NCBI GenBank assembly: GCA_034780895.1
Contig: JAUZTB010000002.1
Span: 58,769,072 to 58,833,071, forward strand
Direction: 5' to 3'
Origin: Rhynchobatus australiae
Lineage: Eukaryota
Length of the DNA stretch: 64,000 bases
Under the pieces are notes generated by a model. It did not search any database. It was given only the letters and a program-made list of their open reading frames with translations, and was not told the DNA's origin. A program made the position numbers and the translations under genes. Positions 26,040 through 41,334 of this stretch are shown in pieces. Every line of letters starts with the position of its first letter. Position 1 is the stretch's first letter.

Positions 26040-27027
26040 CTGCAGGGAATAAAAGAGGAAAATTACTTCATCTATATGTCCATCAACAAAAGCAATATTT
26101 AGAGTTTTGTGAAAACAGTTCTTGCAGAATGGAGTTCTCCTCGCAGATAGGTTTAGATTGAGGCTGTGTTCAGTTCAATGCATTTGACTAATTAGACTTC
26201 AGGCTTCTATTGTAGCCATTTTATTTATTCAGGGAGGTCAAACGTGCATTTCATCACATGGAACCAATAGCTATTGAAGATCAAAGATAAAGCAGGAAAT
26301 AAGAGCAGAAAATGCTCCAGGTACTCAACAAGTTAGGCAGCATCTGTGGAGGGAAGAAACAGAATTAATGTTTCAGATTGATGTTAAAGTAGGCCCTTTT
26401 TTCTTTACATAATTTGATGCTCATACATTTCTCCCCAAGGAGACCAGAGAGATGATGCTCCTGCTTTTGCGAGAGATGTCTGATTCATTTCCAGCTTTCT
26501 CTTCCTTCCACTGGAGAATTTCTTGAGTCTTTTTCCTTGAGTTTGAAAATGGAACTGTCGGAACAAGCTTACATGCTACTTTTGTGTGCAATAGCACATC
26601 GTATTCTTCCCAGTGGCATCAGGACAATGGCTTGGTTTGTGCTAATGCACATATAACATTGTCCACTTCTCTGTCCCATCTCACCAGCCCCTGCTAAATC
26701 ATACAATGTCATTCCCCTTATATCTGATTTTGTGCTGAAAATGACTGGTTTATTAGAACTGGGTAGCAAAATTAGATTAGGCTGCTCATTCTTGACTAGC
26801 ATGGACACAACAGGCTGAATGGCTTCCTACTGTTCTGTACATTTCTGTGTTTCTATGAAAATGGAAGGCTAATGTGCTTCACTAACATCTGGCATTTGCA
26901 TCCTGTCTATCCTACAATGTAGCTGACCTTTCAGGCTCTCAGGACAGAAAGGCTGGAACTTAAATGCTCATCAGACTGCGACATGATTGTCCATTTAATA
27001 TGTTGTTCTGACAATGACAAACTTCTA

Positions 27028-27207
<180 letters not shown>

Positions 27208-28626
27208 CTAAGAATACAATCTGAGCTAAACAAGGAAGAACTGCTGCATCTCCAATTCTGCATCAAACTCCAGAATGGCAAAATCAATGAATGACATATT
27301 TAGTCTTCTGAATGGAAAGTGCTTTATTTGGCAGTTTTAAATTACATAAATGTTTCAGGTTGCATCTCCTGCATTCCTGTCTTTCATTCAAAACCACTGA
27401 TTAAATAAATTAATATTTGCAATATTATTAAAGTCCCCTTCCTGTTTCAATAAAATGGAGCTTCTCAGAAGTGCAGGCTAACATTTTCCACAGAATACAC
27501 AATNNNNNNNNNNNNNNNNNNNNNNNNNNNNNNNNNNNNNNNNNNNNNNNNNNNNNNNNNNNNNNNNNNNNNNNNNNNNNNNNNNNNNNNNNNNNNNNNN
27601 NNNCACAGAATACACAATGCCAAGGCAATGCCTTTCAAATAGGGAGGTTGACAAATGAATGGTAGCTTCACCTTCTCATGATTCTAATTTCAGTATCAAT
27701 CTCTGGGAGGATTACCTGATGCAAAAACAGGTGTGCCATAAGGCTTTGCCTACTCTTTTGCTAAAGCTATTCAAATTTGGTAGTCTATTCTTCAACCATT
27801 GTCTATTTTAGTTCTTTCTACTGCTGCCATCCCTGTTTTTATGGCATTTCAGATGAGAAATGATGTAATTGGCCAGTGTGACCCATCCTTTACTTATGCA
27901 GGTAGACTGCAGGTTAAAAATAGTACGGTTTATCCTTAACAGTGCTTCAGTAATGGAACTAATCCTAGCTCCTACAAGACCCATCCAACCTCACATATCA
28001 GTTAACAGAGGCTCGCAATATCATGAAAACTTCTGAGTAGGTAAATTAAGTGAAAGTGTATTCACTATTGGGAGGGTCAGTCATGAAAAACAATAGTCTT
28101 ATGGAAATCAGCAAAGGAATCAGCCAGCAGGGATCACAGTGCATCTTACTTTTATGCACTTCCCACTGTGGGAAGGGGAATCTATTATACAAATTCAGTC
28201 TTGTCTGAAGTCGTGATCTTTGATATACCTGTGCATCAAACACATAGTGTGGCTGTAGTGGGTCAGTGCTGTTGCTGGGCCTTTATGTTTTCCCTGAAAG
28301 TGGCATAAATCTTAATTTTGACAATGAAGTGGAAAGCTGCAACATCTGGAAGCTTTACTCTCAAGTGCTCAGCTGACAGAGGCTACCAGCAATGTAACTG
28401 GTTTTATCCTCAGAGCTGGCAGAACAAAATAGCTTTGATTTTGACTCACTGCAGCAAGATATCATCTTGGAGACAGTTATGATAATGCACTGACAAAGAT
28501 CTGGTTGAAATCTATTACTTAAGCTATTGTTTCCACCTGTACCATAGCCTGTCACAGAAATATTAAGTCAGAAAGGAAAATTACAAAGAAATTTAAGGGT
28601 AAAAAACTCTGCCCTCTAGACAACTA

Positions 28627-28986
<360 letters not shown>

Positions 28987-29549
28987 TCAAGAGAGGGCTG
29001 AATGCCCTACGACGTGGTTCACAGGGATTAACAGGAACTTGGATGTTATAGTTTGCTTTCAGAGCCCATTAAGTACTGTTTTTGATTTTTACAATTGTTC
29101 TGGGAATCCTTGTCTGTAACATTTTTTATATTGCAGAAATATTTCTATTGTCTATTTCTTCTACCACTCTACAATATGACTACTGTAAACATCAAATACT
29201 AATTTTAAAATTGTTCTTACCGGATCTATGTCAAACTTTGAAGGCTGTTTTGTTTGGCATTTCATTGGTGTTCATAAGATGGAAAAGTTAGTGGCAGGGT
29301 TAACCAAAGTCATAATGTTCTGTAAAATGATCCGTATCTACAGATTGTCTAAAGCCCTTTAAGACTCAGAAATTCAAACACTCCGAATTTTCTCAAAAAG
29401 AATTATTCCATTGGTTTACTTTAACTGAATTACCATAACAATTCATTATTTGGTTCCTTGCATCATTGGTCTAAGTTTTATTTATATTAGTCTTTTGCAG
29501 ACTGCCTCAAAGTAACAAACAAGCCTTGACATTTTAAAGTTCATTTACA

Positions 29550-30420
29550 GGATATTAATGTCAGTGGCAAGGTCAACATTTGTTGCCAATCCCTCAATGG
29601 TCAGCTGCCTTCTTGGACTACTGCAGTTTATGTGGTGAAGATGCACACGAGTAGACCCAGGAACTTGACCAATGGGATAATTAAGGACTAGCAATGAAGG
29701 AAAAGTGTTTTGTTTTCTAAACCAAGAATGCCTAGGAACCTGGAGGTGGTGGAAATCCCATCTGCTTGTTGCCTTTGCCCTTTAAGGTGGTTAAGGTCAC
29801 TAGGTTTGGGAAGTGTTGTAAAAGAAGCTCGGGCAAGATGTTGCATGAGTAAGTGAATGTGTAGGTGATCAATGGTGCTTACCAACAAATGCATTGATTG
29901 AGGGAGGAGTAAGGTGGGCCATAAAATAAAAGATTGTGACTGACGACAGTTCTGCTGCTACTGATAGTTCACAGCATTTAATGGATTCCTAGAATCAGCT
30001 GAGAGATCTGTCCAGCACAGCAGAGATTCTGATAAGAGGGTTTCCTAATTATGAAGATGGGGTGTCATCTTCACAATGACTGCGCAATGCTTTTTTCCTG
30101 CCAATCCTGTCATGGAGAAATGGATCTGGAACAGGATGATTTGTTTCTTCTGTTATTTCTATCCCCACATGCTGCAGGTCCATTCTAGTGGTCGCGTCCT
30201 TCAAGACTGAGCTAGCCAGGTTGAATATCCCAGTGTTTGCTCTCACCACTTCTTCCAAATGATGTTCAAAATGGAGTAGGGCTGATTCATTAGTGGGCTG
30301 CAGGTCATGACTGGAACCACCTTCGAGATGATGACATAGAACTTCCTGAGCTTGGAAGTGAATCTTGATGAGTTCCATGACTGTGTACTACTATGGTTCC
30401 GCTCTGTCACTGTTTGACAG
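29550..30420 (-). mobile_element. Decayed non-LTR retrotransposon fragment
   Basis: Shares TGGCAAGG.CA..ATTT.TTGCC and AGCTG.CTTCTTG with the element at 57230-57900. Confidence 0.5.
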
Positions 30421-31779
30421 GATATGCACAGGGTTGGTGATAGTGATGATAATAATAATAAGGATGAAAGGTGATGGATTTGAAACACAAGTTCCTGTTT
30501 CTCTCTCCGGAGATGTTGGCTGATCTGCTGAGTATTTCCAGCATTCTCTCATTTTTAGTTCAGAATTATAGCATCTGTAGTATTCTGTTTTTGTCAGGCA
30601 CTAACCGAGTATGGGACATCTTGGAATCAGATGCCATGTTGGAGCAGAGTAATTGCCTGCCTTGTCAAAACTCAACCATATTACTACTGGTCTGAAGTCA
30701 CATACAATGGCAGGTTTCAATCGCTAGAAGACACAAATAAACTAGACAGAAATATTTATGACTATCAAGTAGTTTCATTACATGAGCAATTTATTTTAAA
30801 TTTATTTTATTAGCTGATTTTAAATTCTCCAGTCGCCAATATGTGCCTGGCTTCTTAGTTGGGTTGTTGGTCCAGTAACATAACTGCAATGTCACTGTGC
30901 TACAACATGTTAGATGAACATTGGGCACTTCATCTGTTTAGCTTGGTAAACATTAAATAATTATTTAAAATACAAATTGACTGGAGAGATCATGCAGCTA
31001 ATATGGAGTTTTCAAATAACACTGGGAATCTTTGAAAGAAGATCAATTTTCATGGTATGAACAAATGCTCTAGGCTAGTAAAGATTTTGTGAGAACAGTC
31101 ATTTTAAAGATTTGTAACTTCATCAATGGAATACTCTTTTTGAGAGATTCAAGTCTATACTGATGGCATGCAGAACAGAAAATATTGTTGCAGACATAAA
31201 CTAACAGTTGACAAATTAAAGTTAGGATTGCTACAGAAAATATTATTTAACTTAAGAAATGTCAATGAGTCTTTAACGTGATACTCCTCAAAAGAAAAAC
31301 AAATTGCTTTGTTTTCCTCCTTTTTTTTCCCCATTTTACCCTTGGTCTTCCTTCCATGCATCTGTTGACTCTCTGCACAGTCTGGTGACTGATCCAATCA
31401 CCTATTCCTAGATAACTAAATGATCATGAGCAACATGGAGGAAGCATCATATTTGAATCTGCCTCCACATGAAAATAAAACCTCAGCATGGATTGCTCAG
31501 CATGGATAAAAATCGTGAAACTACATGGTAGGAAGCTTGCAGCGTTATGGCCAAAGGCTTTTGTGATATTTCTATCTACCATTTTGGATATTCACAATTG
31601 ATCTCATCAGTTGGGTGATGCCGGTAAGGCTATATTCATTTCACACCTTAGTTGCCCATATGCCTGTCCTTTACTCGACTGCGTTCCTTGTAGTGATTTG
31701 TATTGCCAAAGTAATGTTATGTCTGGAATTCCAGGGTAATGATCCAGTTACAATGACAAAGGATGTCACTCCTGGAGGA

Positions 31780-33430
31780 AACCTTGAGGCAGGAGTCAGT
31801 AATTAGTTAGAAGGGGATTTGTTTTTTGATTGGCAGGATGTGGCAAGTGGTGTTCCATCGAGATCTGTTCTGAGGCCTCAATGTAAATCGTAAACACTAT
31901 TGACTGGGAGGAAGGAATAGAAGGTGGCACCAGATATATGGTTTGCTAAGTTTGTTGATGGTACAAAGATAGATTGGAACAGTAGTTGTGAATTGAACAC
32001 AAGCAATCTCGCAAATAGAGAGATATAGACAGATTTAATGGGTGGTCAAAGATGTGTCAAAAGAGAACATTATGTGTGAAAAGGTGAAACTGTCCACTTT
32101 GGTAGGAAAAATAAAAGACAAGCATGTTAACCCAAATGGTGAACAATTGCAGAGGTCTGACGTTCAGAATGATATAGATGTCCTGGTGCATGATTCACAA
32201 AATGCTAAGATGAAGATACAGTGAACAATGTTTTGTTTATTGCTGGGACAGTAGAATACAAAAGCAGGGAGGTTATGCTTAAGGTATACAAGGTACTGTA
32301 GGACCACATCAGGAGTACAATATACAGTACTGATTTCCTTATTTAAGGATTTAAGGAAAGATGCAAATGTGTTGCAAGCAGTTTGGAGATGATTCACTAA
32401 ACATTCCTGGAATGGGTAGGTTGTCTGAGGCAAGNNNNNNNNNNNNNNNNNNNNNNNNNNNNNNNNNNNNNNNNNNAACTTGATAAGACCCCAAGGGTCC
32501 TTGATAGGGCATTTCCCCTTGTGCGTGAATCTAAAATGAAAGGACACTGTTCAAAAATAAGGGGCTGCCCATTTAAGGCAGAGATGGGGTGACAATTTTT
32601 CTCTCAGTGGGTTGAGAGTCTTTGGAACACTCTTCCTCAAGTGTGAAGGAACCTGAATCGTTGAATATTTGATAATGCAGAGGTAGAAAGATTTTTGAAA
32701 AGCAAGGGGGTAAAAGGATCAAAGGGCCAAATGGTGGTGTTCTGCTGCTAATTTGTACGATTGTACAGTTGGTTTTCAGTGGATAATATGTTAGGAAGCA
32801 CAGTGAGTTGTGTGGATAAGTTCCAAAGGAAAACAGATTAAGTAAGTAGACAAAGGTCTAGCAGATGGACTTTATTCATCCACTGTAGATATCACAATAA
32901 TGAACTTCTCTAATGGAAAGAAACCAGTAATTCTAGAAGAACCAAGGCATTTAGATATCATGTACACAAACCACTAAGCTAGAAGTCAAGTAAAATAATC
33001 AATCATTATGGAATGTTGGTCTTTTTCTTTAGGGAGTTAGAACTCAATGTGGGATGCGATGTTTCAGTTGCACAGAACTTTGTTCATTTCCCATTCAGAA
33101 TATATGTCTTTTTGTGGGCACCAAATCTCAGGTTAAATATATTGGCCTTGGAAGGAAAGAGCACAAATATTTACCAGAAGTATGTTTAAAAGGTTATGAT
33201 AAGAGGATAGAATGCATAAATATGGCTGGTATTCCCTTCAGTTCAGAAAGTTGATGCATGATCTGAATGAGGTGTTTCAAATGATAAAAGGATTCAATAC
33301 TATTCATGTAGAAAAAAATATTCCTTCTGGTGGGGAAATTCAGAACAGGAGGACTTGAACCTGAAGTTGGAGCTGGGCCATTTGGAAGAAAAATTGGGAA
33401 GCACCTTGTGTTTTGCACATAGAACAGTTA
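31780..33430 (+). mobile_element. Two decayed CR1-like LINE 3' fragments
   Basis: Remnants of SGVP..SVL.P and KF.D.TK (RT core), then YK.L.RPH.EY-like sequence; aligns by eye with 41900-42750. Confidence 0.7.
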
Positions 33431-35899
33431 TAGTGTTCTACTCGTTTAGCCATAGGTCTACATACATCTATTGTATACTGTATGTTGTTTGCCATGTAGA
33501 TAGCTTTGTTAGGCAGTTTCACTGGATTGATACCCCCATTCTAAAAACATCACATGCTGCTCTCAGCAGCCATCTCTATGTCATGCTTGGTAGTGATGTT
33601 ACAACAAGGAATGTATAGATTGTGGTGTAAATAATTAACCCATAAAATAATCGAGGCTAATTATATCACTCACAGGGGCCAAATGTTTGGCTGCTAGATC
33701 TGCCTCCTGTTCCACTGAGCACAGCAGCAGTTATGAAAAATCAATCAAAAATATAATGTATTGGTGATTTAAATATTGAATGAAATTGAATTTGAAAATT
33801 AGATGAAAATACAGCAGAAAGTGCTTGACAGGAATATCACGTTAAAGAAGCATGTGACACTCTTAATATTTGTTTAGCACGAGTATACATGTTTTGACTG
33901 CACAAAACATTTTGCTATAGACTTAAAGGTGCAACGCTGTTTTCACTTGAATTATAAGTGGAAAATAACAGATAGAAATTCTGGTTGTTGCATCTTTATA
34001 TAGTGAGCTACCCAACCTAATGGAAATCTTTTCTAATGCTATTCAAACTACAGCAAGCCTGAACAATGCAAACTCTACTTAGCCCATGGTGCACAAGGCA
34101 TCCAGCAATAGAGTGAATAAGAGAGAAAAAAAACAAAAACATACAGTCAGCCCTTATTTATTAATATCAGTACATGTAAATCAAACCCTACANNNNNNNN
34201 NNNNNNNNNNNNNNNNNNNNNNNNNNNNNNNNNNNNNNNNNNNNNNNNNNNNNNNNNNNNNNNNNNNNNNNNNNNNNNNNNNNNNNNNNNNNNNNNNNNN
34301 NNNNNNNNNNNNNNNNNNNNNNNNNNNNNNNNNNNNNNNNNNNNNNNNNNNNNNNNNNNNNNNNNNNNNNNNNNNNNNNNNNNNNNNNNNNNNNNNNNNN
34401 NNNNNNNNNNNNNNNNNNNNNNNNNNNNNNNNNNNNNNNNNNNNNNNNNNNNNNNNNNNNNNNNNNNNNNNNNNNNNNNNNNNNNNNNNNNNNNNNNNNN
34501 NNNNNNNNNNNNNNNNNNNNNNNNNNNNNNNNNNNNNNNNNNNNNNNNNNNNNNNNNNNNNNNNNNNNNNNNNNNNNNNNNNNNNNNNNNNNNNNNNNNN
34601 NNNNNNNNNNNNNNNNNNNNNNNNNNNNNNNNNNNNNNNNNNNNNNNNNNNNNNNNNNNNNNNNNNNNNNNNNNNNNNNNNNNNNNNNNNNNNNNNNNNN
34701 NNNNNNNNNNNNNNNNNNNNNNNNNNNNNNNNNNNNNNNNNNNNNACATCAAACATGGTCATAGGCATATTTGTTCTATCAATAATTGGGATGTTTGTAT
34801 ACCCAGAGAGTCGGCCCTCACAACACTAATTTTAGGTGTTTGGGTCCTCAGAAGCTTCTAGACCATCCATGTGAATTTCTTTGTCCCAGGAAAGGTATTT
34901 TGAACATTCAGAGGTGTTTTGTCATTTAAAGTGTGGTCCCATTGGAAATATGTACTTCAATGGAACCATTTATCAGACACAAAATACTGAAATAAACGAT
35001 GTCATTGTAGCTATTGAAATTGTATTGAATTACCTGCTGTTTATCTTTGTTCTTAAGAGTATAAAAGCGCAACGTACTTTGAGTTTGAAGAGACTCTACT
35101 GAGAGTGTCTCTAAGAGAACACCTGCTTGTTGTGATGAATAAAGACCTTTTACATTTACCAGTTTCAGTCTCCATGTGGGCTTAGTCACAGTCACAATGG
35201 TCAGTAGACTGTAGCAGGATGGTTCTGACATCATTTTGGTCGGTTGGTGTACTGTTCTTAAATGGACCACATTATTGTACATATCCCTTGTACAGATCCC
35301 CATGGACCTAAGCTGATAGCAGGCACCAAAATCTAACTAAGTTCAAAGAATGGTTTATAGAATAGTGGATGTATATGAGTGTAAATGCAATATTGGAATG
35401 GAAACATAAATGTGTTTATGTTTTGAAGGAAAGACCACAAATAATGGGAAAGGAAAAGACCATAGCCATAGTGTCCAATCAATGTTAGAGTCCAAGGAAT
35501 ATCATAGATATGAAAGGGATATTCATCTACCTCGAAACTATGCCCTGGGTTTATTAAGGTTGCCTCTGAGAAGAGGTCTGCTTAAATAAGCTGTTCTGCA
35601 AGTAAAGAGGCATTGAAGGAACATGACGTGAAAATCTTTGGGAAGGACATCAATGGGCAAGAGCAAATGGTTATTCATTTTGCACCATGCTCAACTTTCT
35701 TTCATTAATTCACATTGAAAATAAGTGAAACTACTGCTGAAACAAATTTTACTTTGCTAATACTATACGGACATTACTTTAAAAAAACATGGCTGAATGC
35801 CTAATTAGGAACAGGATTAAGAGCTATAAAGATAAAGAGCACAGAGCGATGACTGAGTTCTTTTGTCATTCTTGGTTTCCGAAATCATTGAAGTATGAT

Positions 35900-36065
35900 G
35901 GGTCAGGCAGCATCTATGGAGGGAAAGGGATAGTCGAAGTTTTGAGTCTCGACCCAACATGTTGACTGCCCACTTCCCTCCATAGGTGCTACCTGACCTG
36001 CTGAGTTCCTCCAGCATTTTGTGCGTTTCTCCGGATTTCCAGCATCTGCAGTCTTTCTCGTGTCT
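35900..36065. repeat. Penelope-derived palindromic element
   Basis: GGTCAGGCAGCATCTATGGAGGGAA / TTCCCTCCATAGGTGCTACCTGACC inverted arms. Confidence 0.75.
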
Positions 36066-36401
36066 TCATAGTAAGGAGGCTAACTGATTAAAGGATAAAT
36101 AATGCATGAAATAAGATTGGGTACACTTCAGTGGCCATGGGTGGAATTTGAGACAGAGCAAATAACATAAAGTGAGTGAAGTAAAGACTTCATTGGTTGA
36201 AAGACATTTTCCTGTTCATGTGGTAAATTCCTGGAAACCTATTGGAAGTTTGCATATGCTAATTATTAAATGCATGTACTGAATTATACTTTCATTTAAT
36301 TGAGAGATCTTATGAACTATTTTCNNNNNNNNNNATTAAAACTAAATATGGAATTAGAATGTCCATCTCTTTGTTTAACAAAAATTATTTGGACTCCTTA
36401 C

Positions 36402-36536
36402 CACAGTATCCTGGTCATAAATTTCAATGACCACAATGGGAGGGTCATCTCTTAGTTCCTGTGCTTCACCATACAACTCAATGTTGTCAAACACCAGCAA
36501 CTGGTCCCAGGTAGGGCAAAGTGTCTCCTGTAAAAC
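36402..36536 (-). CDS. OTOF: Otoferlin exon 25 equivalent (135 nt, C2D)
   Basis: [45 protein letters not shown]. Confidence 0.97.
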
Positions 36537-37599
36537 CTGTAGAAGACAAAATGGTAAAGGTGAAATTGGAAACCTGACAATACTGAAGTTATATATTTTG
36601 ATTTCATTCTTGCAATCATTTCTGTACTTTTCACCTCTCCATCATCCCCTTAGCTGAAGTTAATGCAAGAGAAATGATCTCATGTATTTTGCCCTTAGAG
36701 ATACCTAAGGTACCCAAGAGGTACTTAAGAGGTACTCTTAGAGGTACCTAAGGCNNNNNNNNNNNNNNNNNNNNNNNNNNNNNNNNNNNNNNNNNNNNNN
36801 NNNNNNNNNNNNNNNNNNNNNNNNNNNNNNNNNNNNNNNNNNNNNNNNNNNNNNNNNNNNNNNNNNNNNNNNNNNNNNNNNNNNNNNNNNNNNNNNNNNN
36901 NNNNNNNNNNNNNNNNNNNNNNNNNNNNNNNNNNNNNNNNNNNNNNNNNNNNNNNNNNNNNNNNNNNNNNNNNNNNNNNNNNNNNNNNNNNNNNNNNNNN
37001 NNNNNNNNNNNNNNNNNNNNNNNNNNNNNNNNNNNNNNNNNNNNNNNNNNNNNNNNNNNNNNNNNNNNNNNNNNNNNNNNNNNNNNNNNNNNNNNNNNNN
37101 NNNNNNNNNNNNNNNNNNNNNNNNNNNNNNNNNNNNNNNNNNNNNNNNNNNNNNNNNNNNNNNNNNNNNNNNNNNNNNNNNNNNNNNNNNNNNNNNNNNN
37201 NNNNNNNNNTCTACTATGTCATACCCCTTAAGGATCTTAAATGTTTCAATAAGGTCATCCCTCATTCTTCTGAACTTCAAAGATTATAGATCTAAGGTAA
37301 AATCAGAGATGTGTCAAGTTTTTGCTAAGTAAATATGATATTTCTTTCTTTACCATGTCATTTGAAAAAGTAGGCTGATGTTTCCATGGCTCTGCTGTTG
37401 CTCATCTTGAACTGATGTTGGATGTTTATTTACTCATTTTGAGAACACTTCACTTACCTAAACCCAGAGGTTTCAGGTGCATGTAATACAAAACATTTAT
37501 GTCAATGTGTTCATTACAAGTCATGTCATTCAAATTACTAAACAATAGATAACTTTAGTTATCATTTGCATACGTCCCTTGAGTAAACAGTTCATATTT

Positions 37600-38240
37600 T
37601 TCACACAGATTCCAGCCACTCAGTATGCAATGGTGGGAAGGTCTTAAATTGCACACTTTGCAGTGTCTTCAGTACATCCCTGAGGACATGGTTCTGGATC
37701 TTGGTGTGCACAAGTTTGCAGCACTTGATCATGGACAACACTGAGCTCTGGAAGAAAAGTGAGATTTGAGCAAACAAGAGGATGTCTTTCACTGCATTGA
37801 TAGTTCTCCAGCAGCAGTTGATATTTGTAGCGTGAGTCCCCAGCAGCAGACTGCACAGCATAAATTGCTGTGGTATTCAGTTGTTAGGGCCAAATCTCGA
37901 CAATCTCACCAACCCGCTCACTGTTTATCTCTTCCCAGAGCTTCGTGGGAAAGCACATTCAGAAGGAGCCAAGCAATGGTTGCACTTCCAGTGTGGCTGT
38001 CACAAAGGCTGAAATTCTGGCCATACATGAACAATCTTAAAAGGATGGCCTTGTCACGGACAGCTGAAGGTCTCTGTGCTTGTTTGACAGCTCTGGTGAA
38101 GAGGCATTCTGCCAAACAACTTTGACAGTCAGCTTGGGAAACCACCCCAGTGGATCCATTGTATTTTTCCCTGCACAGCTATGATGACACTTTACATAAA
38201 CCACTGCCTGCCTGATGTCATCAGAAGCATTATTTTGGGT
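37600..38240 (-). mobile_element. Tx1/L1-clade LINE ORF2 C-terminal remnant
   Basis: Frameshifted pieces VWQNASSPELSNKHRDL and TNINCCWRTINAVKDILL resemble the post-RT zinc-binding region of Tx1-type elements. Confidence 0.65.
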
Positions 38241-39088
38241 AAAGTGTTCTAAGAGGGTCAAGTGGTGCAGCATGGTCTAACTGAATGGAAAGTTCCAAGG
38301 CAACACTGGGGACAACGTGTACTTGATAGCTGGCAAGGACACGTGAGATGAAAGGCCCATTTCCATGCTATATAACTCTATGGCCTTGGCATGTAGTGAC
38401 ACTTGGTGTTTATATAGTCAGGATCTACATGCAGCTTGATAAAGCCACACACAAAGATAACCATCAAAATGAGAGTTGCATTGGGTACACGTTTGCCTCT
38501 TTTTCTGGAGGTTGTACATTGAGGTTCGACAAGCCGCATCCAGTTTTGAGCTCCAGATTAAATGGAGACAGTCCTGGGTGATCAGTACAACATGATTGTG
38601 GGGTTCAATCTTTAACTGCATCAAGTAGAGCAACACTGAGAATTTAATCATCTAAAACCAAGCAGCTCCATATTGATGTATTCCAGTTTGTGTTAACTAG
38701 ACTGCATTGTTTCCATGTGCTTTCTGTGTGGTGGTAAAGCCAACATAGGGCAGCCTGTGAACCCAATAATTATTGTTATGCACTCAAGCCAGATGCCAGG
38801 TGAGGAGCTTTGGCAAAGAGATATGGTTGCTGTGCAGCTGACACCCTCCAAGGTGCAGAGTGGTAAATTGGTGAAGTCTTTCTTTGCCTTCAACTNNNNN
38901 NNTTTGTGTTCTGCACCACCACCCGGCAGCTTTTTCTGGGTTCCCCCCTTTGCAGGAATAGTCTGCCTATACTTGGTGCTTTTCCCCTGTGAAAGGTTAG
39001 TACTTGTGCAAGACTTACAGGGCTGCAGATAACTGGCAAGTTTTTATGTTGTAGAATTGCTTTTCTAAAAGCAAGTACCTTTCAATTA

Positions 39089-39250
<162 letters not shown>

Positions 39251-40216
39251 TTATGACAAAGTACACAATGAATTTATGCAAGCAAATTAAATTCCAAATT
39301 TCACTGAATAATCTGGCAAACATAATGGCCGACAGTTTGTTTTGATATAATTTTTACGCTCACTGTGTTCAAGAATTTGATGCCTCAATTGAAACAATGA
39401 TATTTTCATCAACTTGTCTGAAGTTGAGCACAAACCACTTTTGGACTGTATAACTTTTAGCAGACTTTCACTTCCTTTCCTCCAAAGCCATTGGAAGGAA
39501 TCCTGTTTACCAGCAGGTAACGTCTCTGCAGGGAATCACTGGCCTCTCGATGTTCAACATGTCTCAGATCTCTATTCTAGTGTATGCATGCACAAGTCTG
39601 AGACAAGTTGGAGGTTGAGCCCAGTCTGCCAGTGGTCTCCACATTGAACCTAATGGTGGAGCACATGTGTGTTGAGAGGAGGTGGATATACAGTGAATCC
39701 AAGGCTCAGCTTGATGCCATTGAAGACTGCTGGCCCTTTTACAAGAATGGGTCACCCTCCCTGTGGAGAAAGTTAAGTGCCTGAATAATTTCATGTTTTT
39801 AATAATTTGTTTAATTTATTTTCATCTGTTTAATTTTATGTGTTGCTTAAATCTACTGAGACTACCAGAGACATTTAAGGTCAAAAAGCCTTTGATATGC
39901 AAAGTGCTATGAAAGGCTTTCTGGGGTGAGGCCTCAGCAGTATGCTGGCTGGAGTTTAGTTGCTCTTCACACCCTGCTACCTGTCTCCAGAATGAGGAGG
40001 CTGATGATTATAACCATATGTCTTTAACATGTTAAAAGAGTCTTGGGGAGAGTAAGTCAGGGAGGTGAGTTGAATAAAACATGGTTTGGCTCGTGAATTC
40101 TGTAGATGCTGCTTGACCAGCGGAATATTTCCTGCAATTATCCTTTTTATTCAGTGTTTGCATTAAGATCTAGATACTAAACAGCTTAATCGTTTACTTT
40201 CAAAACTGGTACTTAC

Positions 40217-40406
40217 TGGTATAGGTCAGACTTATAGGAGGGATTGACTGCATTCCTGGACCCTTTACTGCTTTGTTCTCTTCATATCCATTGGGAAGGC
40301 CACTGAGGAAATCTTTCCGCTGCTTATTCAACCCCAGCCAAAAGTAAACTTCTATTTTGGACTGGACTGTCCAACCTGCAGTGCCAAAGCCTCTCTTTCC
40401 AGGTAG
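40217..40406 (-). CDS. OTOF: Otoferlin exon 23 equivalent (190 nt)
   Basis: [63 protein letters not shown]. Confidence 0.97.
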
Positions 40407-41334
40407 CTGCGGAGAAGATAAATGTAAGTAAGTCTCTTTGATTGATTTAAATAAATGCACAGCAGTGCACCAACTGGCCAAAATACAATAAAGATCGCTG
40501 GTTTTGGTTGGAAGTAGATTTGATAGGAATATGGGAAGATTAGGTTACAAAGAAAATTAGTAGGGATGGGATTGCTCTGTGAGCTGGCACATTCAATGAG
40601 CTGAATAGCCTCCTCGGTCCTAAGGAAATATAGAAACAGAGAATATAGAAAACAATTGCTGATCACAGATTTTGCACAATGGAAACTCTAGCAAGGAATG
40701 TGCTTCATAAAACAAAGATGCCCAAAGACTTCCTCTGCGAATATTAGTCAGTATTGCCAGACATTCTTTCATCCTAGTTGACCACTATCATTTACAAAGG
40801 GTACATAGCCACATGCCGGAAGTACAATAATTGGGACCAGCTTAGATGGGCATCTTGGTCAGCATGCACCAATTGGGCTGGAGGACCTAGTTTCATGCTG
40901 TATGATTCTATTTGCCTAATGATCAGGACACCAAAGAGTCCTGAATGGTGAATCCAGAACAGGAAGCTGGAGATCCAAATCCCAGCCTGACAACTCTTTC
41001 CACAAGTTATCTTCACACTGCTTATAAATGCTCCTGTGCAAAAATGAAAGGAAACAAAAGGTGATCACTCAAAGGCTGACAGGCACTGGCAACAACAGCA
41101 TACTTTACCAGTAAGTGGGTTTCAGGAGGAATTATACGACAAAAGAAGTTGACAGACTGGAGAAGGCTTTACAATGCATAATGTCGAGTGCAGCTCATTT
41201 ATCAACTTAGTCCCTGTTCCCTGCCACTTCCTTTAACAGTTTCTTTCAAAAATATTTAACCACTTTAATGTGGGGATAATGTGCTACAAGTAGAGAACAA
41301 TGAGAAGCACATGCTTTTCCTAAATCTTATCCTA

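Noticed and set aside
39660-39700. Minus-strand VYPPPLNT resembling malic enzyme RLYPPLNT (candidate second ME exon)
   Set aside because: Spacing is wrong, flanking residues do not match and I see no supporting splice sites
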